Both the position numbers and the translations under genes were made by a program. Under the pieces are notes generated by a model. The model was not told where the DNA came from, ran no database searches, and saw only the letters and a program-made list of their open reading frames with translations. From the NCBI RefSeq assembly GCF_009914755.1, contig NC_060938.1: a stretch of DNA of 64,000 nucleotides; one strand, given 5' to 3'. The DNA comes from the human T2T-CHM13v2.0 reference genome, Homo sapiens. Shown one piece after another: positions 40,221 to 54,154 of the stretch (positions are counted from its first letter, which is position 1; each line of letters begins with the position of its first letter).

Positions 40221-41825
40221 TTGCTTTTGCTGTGCAGAAGCTCTTCAGTTTAATTAGATCCTATCTGTCAATTTTGGCTTTTTGGCAACTGCTTTTGACA
40301 TTTTTGTCATGAAATCTTTGCCCATGCTTATGTCCTGAATGGTATTGCCTAGGTTTTCTTCTAAGGTTTTTATGATTTGGGGTTTTACATACAGGTCTCT
40401 AATCCCTCTTGGGTTAATTTTTGTATAAGCTGTAAGGAAGGGGTCCAGTTTCAGTTTTCTGCATATGGCTAGCCAGTTTTTCCAGCACCATTTACTGAAT
40501 AAAAGGGCTTTTCCCCATTGCTTGTTTTTGTCAGATTTGTCAAAGATCAGATGGTTGTAGATGTGTGGTGTTATTTCTGAGGTTTCTGTACGGCTTCATT
40601 AGTCCATATATCTGTTTTTGGTACCACTACCATGCTGTCTTGGTTACTGTAGCCTTGTAGTATAGTTCAAAGTCAGGTAGTGTGATGCGTCCAGTTTTGT
40701 TCTTTTTGCTTAGGATTGTCCTGGCTATATGGGGTCCTCTTTGATTCCATACGAAATTTAAAATAGTTTTTTCTAATTCTGTGAAGAATATCAATGGTAG
40801 TTTTATGGAAATAGCATGGAATCTATAAATCGCTTTGGGCAGTATGGCCATTTTCATGACATTGATTCGTCCTAGACATGAGGATGGAATATTTTTGCAT
40901 TTGTTTGTGTCCGCTCTTATTTCCTTGAGCAGGCGTTTGTAGTTCTCCTTGAAGAGGCCCTTCACATCCCCCGTTAGCTGTATTCCTAGGTATTTTATTC
41001 TCTTTGTAGCAATTGTAAACGGGAGTTCATTCATGGTTTGCCTCTCTGCTTGCATATTGTTGGTGTAAAGGAATGCTTGTGATTTTTGCACATTGATTCT
41101 GTATCCTGAGACTTTGCTGAAGTTGCTTATCAGTTCAAGAAGTTCTGGGGCTGATACGATGGGGTTTTCTAAATATAAAATATTGTAATCTGCAAACAGA
41201 GAAAGCTTGACTTCCTCTATTCCTATTTGAATACCCTTTATTTCTTTCTCTTTCCTGATTGCCCTGGCCAGAACTTCTAATACTATGTTGAATAGGAGTG
41301 GTGAGAGAGGGCATCCTTGTCTTGTACCAGTTTTCAAAGGGAATGCTTCCCACTTTTGCCTATTCAATATGATATTGGCTGTGGGTTTGTCACAGTTATT
41401 ATATTAAGATATGTTCCATGAATACCTACTTTATTGAGAGTTTTTAACATGAACGGATGTTGAATTTTATCAAAGGCATTTTCTGCATCTACCGAGATAA
41501 TAATGTGATTTTTGTCATTGATTCTGTTTGTGTGATGGATTACATTTAATGATGTGCATATGTTGAAGCAGTCTTGCATCCCAGGGATGAAGCTGACTTG
41601 ATCATGGGGATAAGTTTTTTGATGTGCTGCTAGATTCAGTTTGCCAGTATTTTAGTGAGGATTGTCCCATCAAAGTTCATCAGGGATATTGGCCTGAAGT
41701 TTTCTTTTTTTGTTGTGTCTCTTCCCAGTTTTTGTATCAGGATGATACTGGTTTCATAAAATGAGTTAGGGAGGAGCCCCTCCTTTCCAATTGTTTGGAA
41801 TAGTTTCAGAAGGAAAGTTACCAGC
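40221..41825 (-). mobile_element. Inverted 5' segment of an L1PA8A-like element (ORF2 RT region)
   Basis: ORF 40627-41367: [18 protein letters not shown]...[10 protein letters not shown] (FADD catalytic motif mutated). Confidence 0.93.
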
Positions 41826-42747
41826 ACATGAGAGTGAACAGGCAACCTACAGAATGGGAGAAATTTTTTTCAATGTACCTATCTGACAAAGGTCTAATAT
41901 TTATACTTTACAAGGGGCTTAAACATATTTACAATAAAAAAACATCAAAAATGGTCAAAGGATATGAACAGACACTTCTCAAAAGAAGACATTTATGCAG
42001 CCAACAACCACATGAATAAAAGCTCAACATCACTGATCATCAGAGAAAGGTAAATCAAAACCACAATGAGATACCATTTCACTACAGTCAGAACGGCAAT
42101 TATTAAAAAATTAGGAAACAATAGATGCTGGTGAGGCTGTGGAGAAATAAGAACACTTTTACACTGTTGGTGGTAAAGTAAATTAGTTCAACCACTGTGG
42201 AAGACAGTAATGCGATTCCTCAAGGATCTAGAACCAGAAATACCATTTGATCCAGCAATCTCATTACTTGGTATACACCCAAGGGAATGTAAATCATTCT
42301 ACTATAAAGACACACGCACACATGTGTTTATTGCAGCATTATTTACAATAGCGAAGATATGGAACCAACTCAAATGTCCATCAATGATAGACTGGGTAAA
42401 GAACATGTGCTACATATACACCATGGAATACTATGCAGCCATAGAAAGCAATGAGATCATGTCCTTTGCAGGGACATGGATGAAGCTGGAAGTCATCATC
42501 CTCAGCAAACTAACAAAGGAACAGAAAACCTAACACCACATGTTCTCACTCATAACACATGGACACAGAGAGGGGAACAACACAGTCTATGGCCTGCTGG
42601 GGGTTGGGGTTTGAACAGAGGGAACTTAGAGGATGGTTAATAGATGCAGCAAACCACTAGAGCACACGTATACCTATGTAAAGAACCTGCACTATCTGTA
42701 CATGTATCCCCCTTTTTTAGAAGAAATAAATAAAAACAATAAAAAAA
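41826..42747 (+). mobile_element. Non-inverted 3' segment of the same L1PA8A-like element
   Basis: ORF2 C-terminus and 3'UTR ending gtatccccctttttagaagaaataaa, characteristic of L1PA8A. Confidence 0.9.
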
Positions 42748-43569
42748 GAAAAGCTTGTACTATTTAGCTTTTAAAAATAATGAGATCTTGTCAGCAACAA
42801 CATGGATGGACCTGAAGATTATTATGTTAAGTGTGGTAAACCAGGCACAAAAAGACAAACTTTACATTTCTTCACTTATTTGTGAGAGCTAAAAATTAAC
42901 AGTTGAGCACATGGAGATAGCCAGTAGAATAATGGTTACCAGAGCCTGGGAAAGGTAGTGGGTGGGTATGCGGGGATGCTTTATGGATACAAAAATATAA
43001 TTAGATAGAATAAGATCTACTGTTTGATAGCATAATGGGGTGACTATAGTCAATAATAATTTATTGTACGTTTAAAAACAACTAAGAGAGTATAGTTGGA
43101 TTGTCTGAAACATAAAGAAAGGAAAAATGCTCGAGGTGCTGGATACCTTATTTACCCTGATGTGATTATTATATATTGTATGCCTGTATCAAAATATGTC
43201 ATGTACCCCATAAACATATCCACCACAAAAATTAAAAATAAAAAATTTAAAAATAAATTAGTAAATTTAAAAGGATTGAAGTTCTACAAAATATCTTTCC
43301 TAATAACAATGTAATTAAATGATAAATGATCAACTGGAAGAAATTTGTGAAGTTCAAATACACAAATTTAAACCAAACAATTCTAAATTACCAGTGGGTC
43401 AAAGAAAAAAAATGAGGAAAATTAGGATATAATTCGAGATCAATGGGAAAAAAAACAAAACAAAACAAAACAAAAAAAACCATGAGATACCAAAATTTAT
43501 GAGATGCAGCTAAAGCAGTGCACAATGCTCAGAGGTCAATGTAGACCTGGAAATGCCTACATTTAAAGA

Positions 43570-43920
43570 AGCCAAGCACAGTGACTTATGTCTGAAATCT
43601 CAGCACTGTCAGTGACCGAGGCAGAAGGATCTCTTGAGGCCAGCAGTTCAAGCACCATTTTGGGCAGCATGGTGAGACCCTATTTCTACCAAAAAAAAAA
43701 AAAAAAAAGGAAAAAGAAAAAAGCTGGGTGTTGGGGTGTATGACTGTAGTTGGAGTCCCAGCTACTTAGGAGGCTGAGGTGGGAGGATCACTTGACCCTG
43801 GGAGGTTGAGGCTACAGCGAGCTGAGATCTCACCACTGCACTGCAGTTTGGGCAACAGAGTGAGAACCCATCTCTAAAATAATAATAATAAATAATAAAT
43901 GATGATGATAATGATAATGA
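43570..43920 (+). mobile_element. AluJ-like with expanded linker and (AAT)n(GAT)n tail
   Basis: Diverged dimer; gggaggatcacttgaccctgggaggttgaggctacag. Confidence 0.85.
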
Positions 43921-44392
43921 ATTTTAAAAAGAAGAAAGCTCTCCAATCAATAACTTAAATTTATTCCTTAAGGAGCTAGAAAAGAGAAGAGAATATTGAA
44001 CACGGCAAATAGTTGGAAAGTCATACGGAAAGCAAAGTATAAATAAATGAAATAGAAAACAGAAAAACGATAGACAAACACAACAAAACCAAAATTTGGT
44101 TCTTCGAAAAGATTAACAACATTGACTAATCTTTCACTTTATTGACCAATAAAAAGAAAACATGACTTTGATTACAGAAAAACAGAAACAAAAGAGAGAA
44201 AATCACTACTGATCTTACAGAAATTTTTTTAAAAGAATGCTATTAAAAGCTTATGCAAACAAATTAAATGACTTAGATGAAATAAATAAATTCCTAGAAA
44301 GACAAAAATTATTAAAATTGACTCAGGATGAAATAAAGTCTAATTAAGGTTATAACAAGTACAATGATAAAATTAGTATTTTAAAAATTACT

Positions 44393-44703
<311 letters not shown>

Positions 44704-45048
44704 CCCACCAAAAAGGGCTAGGTCCCTAATAATACACTTTTGAACTATGAAAAACATTGAAAGAATTATGAATGCTAACTTTTTACAAACTCTCTTTTCA
44801 AAATAGGATGCCAGAATTACCCTCATACCAAAACCAAACAAAAACATTACAAGTAAATAAATTTTAAACTCTCCTTTATGAATACAGATGCCAAAACCTT
44901 GAACACAGTACTTGCAAACCAAATGTAGCAATATTTTTAAAAAGTTTGTACTTCATAACCAAGTCCTATTCATCATAGGCATGTATAATTAAAAGAAAAA
45001 AAAGGCCATCTCAATAAATACAAAAGTAAATAAAGAAATAAACATTTT

Positions 45049-45345
45049 GGCCAGGTGCAGTGGCTCACCCCTGGAATTAATCCCAGCACTTTGGGACGCC
45101 AAGATGGGTGGATCTCTTGAGGCCAGGAGTTCAAGATCAGCCTGGCTAACATGATGAAACATCATCTCTACTAAAAATACAAAATTAGCCGGGCATGGTG
45201 GTGTGCACCTGTAGTCGCAGCTACTCAAGAGGCTGAGGCATGAAAATCACTTGCGCCCTTGGGAGGTGGAGGTTGCAGTGAGCTGAGATCTCACTACTGC
45301 ACTCCAGCCTAGGTGACAAAGCAACACTCTGTCTCAAAAAAAGTG
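45049..45345 (+). mobile_element. AluS-type
   Basis: Full dimeric Alu. Confidence 0.9.
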
Positions 45346-45609
45346 AAAAGAAATTAGCATAAATTTAATGTCCTTTAAGGATAAAGACCTTCACCAAATA
45401 AATAATAGAAGGGAATTTGCTTAACTTAATAAAGGACATCTATGAAAAACCCACAGCTAAATTTATATCTTTTGGTGAAAGAATAGTTTCCCTACAAATC
45501 AGGTAAAATATTGAAAAGTCCACTCTTTCTCTTTAATTTAGCACTGTATTGGAGATTATAACCGGAGCAATTTGGTGAGAAAAAATAAATAAAAGACATT
45601 CAGATTGTT

Positions 45610-48600
45610 TATTTACCCTTATATCAAACTTCGTATGTTTTATTATTTAAACATTTTATCTTTTTCATTTGATTGCTCATATTTTGTGTGAACTCTTGTT
45701 TATATTTTTAATATTTTTAGGCTTATTAGTGATAAGCCAATTTTCATTCCTGACACAGAATAAAAGAGAAACACTTATACTGTTTCTCTTTTATTCTTCC
45801 TATGTTTTAGGCATTTAATCAATTTTATGTCTGTTTATAGAGACAGATTTTGAGTTTGCTGTTTTCTCTGTTGAGCATTTATTTTTGATTGTATTAAATT
45901 TTGTCATTATTATTTATGCACTTTCTTCTGCCTCATTTTAGGCTTAATTTACTCTGAACATTTTTTTCAGCTCTATACTTAAATAATTGATTTTTAAAAA
46001 TCATTTTTCTGTTCTGACATGTGCTTTTAAGCTACAAACTTCCTCATACAATTAATTTACATCTATTCCTTATAATTTAAATTTTCATCAGGATTCATGT
46101 CAAAATATTTTCTAACTTTCATCAAGCTATCACATTTTACCTATGAATTATATACATGTATATTTGGAACTTTTAGTTGTCTGTTATTATTTCTAACTCA
46201 ACTTTACAGTTGTCAGAAAACAAACTCTTTATGATTTCAATGCTTAATGATATTTAGAAGCCCATCACTGGTCAACCTTGCTAAACTTCCCATATGTATT
46301 TGAAAAGAATGTTTATGTTATTGGTGCAATTGTGCATATACATATATATACATATACATATACAATTTATACGTAACATTTAAAATTTTTGGTTATATTT
46401 TATAGACATTAAAATACATAGATCTTAAATGATGAGTTTGGCGATTTTTTAACAATTGTGTACTTTATTTAACCACCACACTATACAACATATAGAACAA
46501 TTTCATATTTTCATTTTCCTTATTCCACTTTCCAGATTATCCCCATTCCTTACTATTCCCAGAGACTAATACTTTCTGATGTCTAACACTGTGGATTAGT
46601 TTTGCTTGTTTCTGCCTATTTTTGAATTTCATATGAATAATCATCAACCTTTTTGAGTTTCATCAATATTAGTGTATATATCAGTATTTTGCTCCTTTTC
46701 ATTGCTAGGTAATTTTCCATGGTGTTCTTATACCACAATTTCTTTACCCATTATTTTGTCAATGGATATTTGTGTTATTTTTCAAGAAAGGCTTCTTGTG
46801 GGTAAGATTGATGTGAACATATTTTCTCCAATCTTTAGATGTATATATGTTTTCAGTTGTATTGGGCAAACATCTGGGAATAGAAATGTTGAATATAGGG
46901 TAGATGTATATTAAAATTTGTAAGAAACTGGTAATCATTTTTCAAAGTACTTGTGCCACTTTACACTCCCAACTTGTACAAAAGTGTTATTTGCTCCACA
47001 TCATTGCCAATATTTGTAACTATTTGTCATTATTTTTCTTTAAATTTTAGCTGTTCTTGGAATAAATGCTGTCTTTTTTTTGTTAATTTTTATTGTAGCT
47101 TTATGTGAGTCCTTTATAGATTCTGGATATGTACTCCTCATTAAAGATATATACAGTAGATATTTTCTTCTAAATGGTTACTACCCTTTTAATTTTCTTT
47201 TTTTTATTATTATACTTTAAGTTCTAGGGTACATGTGCAAAACATGCAGGTTTGTTACATGTGTATACATGTGCCATGTTGGTGTACTGCACCCATTAAA
47301 CTCGTCATTTACATTAGGTATATCTCCTAATGCTATCCCTCCTAACTTCCCCCACACCACAACAGGCCCCAGTGTGTGATGTTCCCCTTCCTGTGTCCAA
47401 GGGTTCTCATTGTTCAATTCCCACCTATGAGTGAGAACATGCGGTGTTTGGTTTTTTGTCCTTGCGATAATTTGCTGAGAATGATGGTTTGAAAAGCCTA
47501 TGTTTTTAACTTGGTAAAGACAGTGTATCAGATTTTTCTTTTACAGTGTGAATTGTGTTTTTTGTCTTCTCTTTAAGAAATATTTGTCTATTTCTAAAAT
47601 GGCAAAGCTCTTCAATTTTTTTTTCTTCTATAATCATTATCATTGTAGCTTTCATGTTTAGTTCTATGATATACATCAAACAAGCTTCTCTGTATAGAGT
47701 TATCTACAGGTTAAAGTTTACTTTTTTTTCCTGTAGATATCCATTGGAACCATCAATATATGTCATATAAATTTTATTTCCTCATTCAGTTGCTTTTTTA
47801 ACTTTGTTAAGTATCAATTAACTATATGTGTGTGCATTTATTTGTGGACTTCATTTCCTATTTCACTGATGAATTTTTATATTCTTATTCAAACACTATA
47901 CAATCTTGATTATTTAAGTGTAGAGCAAGTCTTGAAATCAAGTAGTGCAAGTGTTTTAAATAATGTTTAAATATTTTTGGAAGTTGTTCTGTGTCTTTTA
48001 GGTCATTTGCATTTCAATATAACTTATGAAAAATCAGTGTGGCAGTTTCTATAATAAACCCTGCCTGAATTTTGATTAAGATTGCATTGAAGTTATAAAT
48101 TGTTGTTGGCATAAAAGATACTTTAAAACGTACTTTAACAATATAGAGTCTTCCATTTGCTTTTATTATGGGACCTTTCATTGACACGTATTTTACTCAA
48201 CGTGTTTTGTAAACTCCAAAATACATGTTATGTTTCTCCATTTAATTAGGTGTGTTTTATTTTTTCTCAACAATGTTTTGGACGTTTGAATGTGGTGGTT
48301 TTGTATATATTTTATTAGTTTTTTTGTAGAAATTTAATTTTTCTTTGCTGTTATTGAATTTATATTTAAATTTCATCTTCCAATTGTTCCTTTAACATGT
48401 ATTGAAATGTTGTTGGCTTTTACATATTAACTTTGTATTCTGTGATTTTTTGATAGGCTTCATAAAGGATTTTTTGAATGCCATTGTCATGTTTTCTGAG
48501 AATAATAACTTTTTTCTTCTTTTCTGATCTTTATAACTTTTCTTTTTCTTGCTTCATTATTCTTGCTTAGACTCCATATACTGTTGATTAAAAACAGAAA

Positions 48601-48840
48601 GAATAAATGCTCGCTTTGTTTACATCTTAGGGAGAAAGCGTTCAGTGTCCTCCATTGGTTTAATGTTAGCCCTTTATGAGTTGCAGACCACTTCAATGCC
48701 CTTTACCAGACTTAAGGATTTTCTATAAATAGTAGTTGCTGAGAGATTCTTTCATGTTTGAGTCTTGATTTTGGCAATTATTTTTCTGCAGCTATTGAAA
48801 TGTTTGTATATGTTTTTTGCTTATTAATACCATGAAATAT
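45610..48840 (-). mobile_element. Decayed antisense L1MD/L1ME fragments
   Basis: T-rich antisense L1 motifs (ttgattaagattgcattgaa, cttagggagaaagcgttcagt). Confidence 0.6.
47196..47490 (-). mobile_element. 5'-truncated L1PA (PA3-5-like) 3' end
   Basis: ttattatactttaagttctagggtacatgtgc...gctgagaatgatggttt. Confidence 0.9.
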
Positions 48841-48849
48841 ACCAATTTT

Positions 48850-51700
48850 ATTATTTTAATTGACATTTATGTAGTTTAATTTAATGTTTTACATATGTGT
48901 ACAATGTGGAGTGGTTAAATAAAAGCTATGAACATATACATCATCTCATTTACTTGATTTTTTTTGTGGAGATACATTTGAAATTTACTCTGTTAGTTAT
49001 TCTGAATTATACAGTACATTATCATTGAATGTACTCACACTGCTGTGCAAATCTCAAAACTTATTCCTTCTATCTAGCTGAAACTTCGTATCTTTTGACC
49101 AATAACTCCTCAGTACGTTGCTTACCAATCCTTCATCCTCTAGTAACCATAATTCTACCCTCTCTTTCTATGAATCCTACTCTTTTTGATACTATATATA
49201 AATTCTACAAATCGTGCAGTATTTGTCTTTCTGTGCCTTCCTTATTTCACTATGCATAGTGTTCTCTAGATTCATCCATGGTATCCCAAATAACAATATT
49301 TTGTTCTTTTTTAAGACTGAGTGATATTCTTTTCTGTATATGGGCATTCCTTGTATGTGTTACATTTCATTTTGCTGTGTTTCACAGATATTCTTTTTTA
49401 TAAATTGAAGGTTTGTGGCAACTCTGTGTCAGGCAAGTCTATTAGTGCCATTTTTTCCAACAGTATGTGTTCACTTCATGTCTCTGTGTCACATTTTGGT
49501 AATTCATACAATATTTCAAATATTTCATTATTATTGTATCTGTTATGGGGATCTGTGGTCAATGATATTTGGTGTTACTATGTAATTATTTTGGGGGACC
49601 AAAAAACATTCCCATACAAGATAAGGCCAATTAATAACTCTACAATGGCCACTAAGTGTTTGAACGAGAGAAAAGTCCAATGTCTCTCAGTATAAATCAA
49701 AAACTAGACATGATTAAGCTTAGTAAAAAAGGCATGTTGAAAGCTGAGATAGGCCAAGAGCTAGACTTCTTGCACCAAACAGCTCAGTTGTAAATACAAA
49801 AGTTATTGAAGGAAATTAAAAGTGCTACTCTTTTGAACACACAAATAATAAGAAAGCACAACAACCATATTGCTGATATGGAGAAACTTTTAGCAGTTCA
49901 GACAGAAAATGAAACCAGCCACAGCACATTGTTAAGCCAAAGTCTAATCCAGAGCAAAGCCCTAACTCATGTCAATTCTATGAAGACTGAGAGAGGTAAA
50001 GAGGCTGCAGAAGAGAAGTTTGAAGCTAGCAGAGATTTGTTCATGAGACTTATAGAAAGAAGGTGTCTCCATAACATAAAAGTGCAAGATGAAGCAGAAA
50101 GTCTTGTTGTAAAAGCTGCAACAAGTTATGCAGAAGACCTGGACAAGATATTGAATTAAAGTGGCTACACTAAATAGCAGATTTTCAATATAGACAAAAC
50201 TACCTTCTATTGGAAAAAGAGGCCATCTAGGACTTTCATAGCTAAAGAGGAGAAGTCAATGCTGGCCTTCAGTTTTTCAAAGAACAGGCTGAATCTCTTA
50301 TTGAGAGCTAATGCAGCTGGTGACTTGGAAGTTGAAGCCAGTGCTTAGCTATCATTCTGCAAATCCTAAAGCCATTAAGAATTATGCTATATCTACTCTG
50401 CCTATGCTCTATAAATGGAACGACAAAGCCTGGATTATATCACATTTGTTTAAGCATGGTTTACTGAATATTTTAAGCCCAATATTCACACCTACTGCTC
50501 AGGAAAAAGGATTCCTTTCAAAATATTACTGCTCATTGACAGTATTACCTAGTCACCCAAGAGCTCTGATAGAGATGTACGAGGAGATTAATGTGATTTC
50601 CATGCCTGCTAACAACAACATGCAATTCATGGATCAACAAGTACTTTCAAACTTTGTCTTATTATTTAAGAACTGTATTTCATAAGACTGTTGCTGCCAT
50701 TGATAGTGATTTCTCTGAGGGATCTGGGCAAAGTAAATTAAAAAGCTTCTGGAAAAGATTAACCCTTCTAGATGTCATTAAGAACATTAATGATTCACTG
50801 AAGGAGGCCAAAATATAACTTTGACAGACATTTGGAAGTTTGATTCCAACTTTCATGGACAACTTTGAGGGGTTCAAGACTTCAGTGGAGGAAGTAACTG
50901 AAGATGTGAAAGAAATAGCAGGAGAACTAAAAATAGAAGTGGAGCCTGAAGATGTGACTAAATTGCTGCGATCTCATGATAAAACTTGAATGGATGAGGG
51001 GCTGCTTCTTATGGATGAGCAAAGAATGTAGTCTTTTCAGATGAAAAGTACTCCTGATGAAGATGCTGTGAACATTGTTGAAATGACAGTGGATACAGAA
51101 TGTTACATAAACTTATTTGATTAAACAGTGGCAAGGTTTGAGAGGATTGATTCCAACTTTGAAAGAAGTTCTGTTGGTAAAATTTTATTAAGCAGCATCA
51201 CATATTACAGAGAAATATTTTGTATATTCGTATAGAGCCAAATGATGCGGCATTATTGTCTAAGTTTAAGAAATTGCCACAGTCACTTTACCCTTCAGCA
51301 GCTACCTCCCTGATCATTCTGCAGACATCACAATCTGTTGATATCTATTCATTTGGATATATTCTCAGAAGAGCAATTGCTGGATTATATAGTAGTTCTA
51401 AGGTTAGTTTTTGGGGGACCTCCATAACATTTTCCACAATGGACTAACTAACTTATATTCCCACTAACAGTGTACAAGGAGTCCATTTTTCCTGCCTCCT
51501 TGCCAACACTTGTTATCTTTCATCTTTTTGAGAAAAGCCATTCTAACTGGTATGAGGTGACGTCTCATCGTGGCTTCAGTTTGCATTTCTCTAGTGACTA
51601 ATGATGCCAGGCATGTTTCATGAACCTGTAGGCCATTTGTATGTGAAATTCTGAAAAGTGTTCACCACATTGTCCATAGTCTAATCAGATTATTTGTTTT
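48850..51700 (-). mobile_element. L1MA-type 3' fragment split by Tigger1
   Basis: L1MA 3'UTR at 48850-49340; resumes at ~51335 (tttggatatattctcagaagagcaattgctggatt). Confidence 0.7.
49341..51330 (+). mobile_element. Tigger1 (TcMar/pogo) DNA transposon with decayed transposase and missing right end
   Basis: Follows a TA dinucleotide; ORF fragments KEIKSATLLNTQIIRK...EKFEASRDLFMR and PKAIKNYAISTLPMLYKWNDKAW. Confidence 0.93.
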
Positions 51701-53039
51701 CTAATGACATGCCTACCTTGAATCCTGGAGTAAACCACAAATAGTGATATTATTGGATTCAACATATTAATACTGTGTACACAGTTTTTGTATCTTTCAA
51801 TTGTTAATCTGCACTTTTGATATTAGTAGTATTCTTATTAGGTTTTGGTATGAGAGTTATGATAACCTCCTAAAACTTGTTAAGTATTATTTTTCTTCAG
51901 TATTTTCTAATATAATTTTTATAGACATCGTTATTATTTCTTTCTTATAGATAGGTTTGATAAATTCACATATGAAGCCATCTGGGCATAGAATTTTATT
52001 TGTAGGAAGATTTTTCTATCCTTGCTTGAGGTTTATCAATTGCATTAATATTTTGAAGAAATTAAATTTTGCTTTTTAATTTTTTAATTTCTTTTGTTTC
52101 AAAAATAATACATTGTTACTATGTTTGCTTTACAAATCAATAATCTTTTAAAAATTATTCAAATCAGAAGTGGAAGTTAGTTTAATAATTTTGTTTCAGT
52201 ACTTTATAATTACTGTTAGACATGTGTTAAAATATGCCATCATAATCATGGATTTGTCTATTTCTTCGAGTTTGGTCAATTTTTGATTAAATATCTTGAG
52301 ACTGTCTTATTTAAAACAGAGATTTTGTTAATTTTAATATCTTTCATGTGGATTGACTTGTCCATATTAAGTCTACCTTTTTATTAAGAGTTTTGTATTA
52401 AACTGTATTAACTAATATGAATATAGCTTCACTGCTCTTTTTTTTTTTTTGATAGGAGAGTTTCTTGTTTCCATCTATTTATTTTCAACATTCCTATGTC
52501 CTCCTACTTAAGATATGACTATTACAAATAGCATATACTAGTTTTTAAAAGAATGTCTTTGTATTTTAAATGAAATAATGGTGTGTTTACATTTTATGTA
52601 GTTGATAATGTATTCATCCAATTTTATTTTATATCATAGATATAGTGAGTTATTAAAATATTTTTAGAAATTAAAAAATATGAGAGTTATAGAAGAAGTA
52701 GGCTATGTCACTGATGAAGGCAAGGGATGAGGTAGAGAAATCAGTCAGGAGATTGGTACAATTAATAGTTTGAGATGTTGCTATCCTAGGAATTATAGAG
52801 ACTAGGGGAAAAATTGAACAGAATCCTGCACATGAAGGGGATAGTTGTAAACATTTTGTTTTAAAAAGGGAAGGGCTATAGATTTACACTTAGGTGCTGG
52901 ACAAATTTAAGAAATGTGTAAAGCAACAAATTCCTATAAAAATATAGGGAAGGAATCAAAGATTACAGGAGAACCTGGATATATTACATCCAGAAATCCT
53001 TCCTCCTGGACTAGATGGTTTATATTATCAAATATGATA

Positions 53040-53388
53040 AAGCCTTCTTATTATTGAAGTGCGGTCCTAGAACAAGCAGCATTCACTTTCTCTAGGAGCC
53101 TGTTTAAAATGTGAAAATTTAGGCACTGCTCCAGGCCTACTATATCAGATTTTACATTAAATAATTGCCAAATGATGTTTTTTGCACATTGAATTTGAGC
53201 AATGTATGGAACACTGGTTCTCTACCTTATTTGCATATTAGTATCATCTGGGGAGCCTTTAGAAATACCATTGCCTGGGCCATACCCTAGACTAAATTGG
53301 AGCCTGTGGGTTTGGCACTCGGGTATCTATATGTTTAAAGCTCCCTAGGTGGTTCTCTTGTGCAGCCAAGGTTGAGATCCAGTGCTGT
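53040..53388. mobile_element. Two adjacent MER5A/B-like fossils
   Basis: gtgcggtcctagaacaagcagcatt... and cactggttctctacc...catctggggagcctttag...gtgcagccaaggttgaga. Confidence 0.65.
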
Positions 53389-53910
53389 AGGCACATGGAA
53401 GAGAACAAAGCAAAACTACACAATTACTAAGAAATGGTGAGGATTTTAGAGACTGGATTCTAGTCTTTGTTGTTTCTTTGAGAGTTAATTCATTTATTCC
53501 CTATAAATCAATTTTATTTTTGTATATTTTAAAATTATATTTAGCAAATATGCTCTTTCAGTTCTAAAATTATGTGATTTTTCTGTCTATGGATTGTAAT
53601 TTAGGAGATACTTGGCAAAATATAATAATGGGTGGTAATCATTGGTATAGGATTAATTTGTGTATGGTAAGAAAATGTGCTGACTGTAACTGTTCAGAAA
53701 TTGAGTGAGCAGTAGTGATCAGAAAATTTAATTATATCAGAAACAGAAAAGCAATCAAAACTGGTTTGCAGAAATAAAAATAGATAAGCCAATAAATTTA
53801 TGAGAGTGTAAGTTGAGATGAGTTTGAGAAAAGACAAAACAGGCAAAGTACATGACAGACTTGTAGAATTTTTTTTCATTTTTACCACTACAAAAGTGAG
53901 AAGAACATGA

Positions 53911-54075
53911 TCAGTGCTTCTCGAACATTAACGTACAGAGGAATCGCCTGGAGATTTTTATTAAAATGAATATTCTTACCTTGTATGTCTCTGGGGTAGG
54001 TTATGAAATTCTGCTATTTAAATAAGGTTCTAGGTGATGAAATGCTTTTTCTGTGGGTCCACACTTACCGCAGCA
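53911..54075. mobile_element. MER5A-like fossil
   Basis: cagtgcttctcgaacatt...gaatcgcctggaga...ggtccacactt. Confidence 0.6.
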
Positions 54076-54140
54076 AGGAGCTGGAACCTAGTTATCGCTA
54101 AAAGTAGTGCAAAGGTCTTGCTGCTCATGCATCTTTCTCA

Positions 54141-54154
54141 GTTGCCTTAGTAAC
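54141..54154. promoter_or_regulatory. RFX X-box-like imperfect palindrome
   Basis: GTTGCCTTAGTAAC resembles the GTTNCCNNRGYAAC consensus; motif match only. Confidence 0.4.

Larger units (their letters stand above)
33456..43259 (+). mobile_element. Near-full-length L1MA2/L1MA3-like element nested in the older L1
   Basis: 5' end gaggcagagcaagatg, ORF1/ORF2 remnants and L1MA 3'UTR; TSD aRtaaatttaaaag at 33442-33455 and 43260-43273. Confidence 0.88.

Noticed and set aside
40627-41367. 246-aa reverse transcriptase ORF
   Set aside because: Fragment of the inverted L1PA8A with FADD mutated to FADY; not autonomous or evidently domesticated
49806-50685. Transposase-like ORFs (possible TIGD1-like gene)
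   Set aside because: Fragmented by stops and frameshifts; an ordinary Tigger1 fossil
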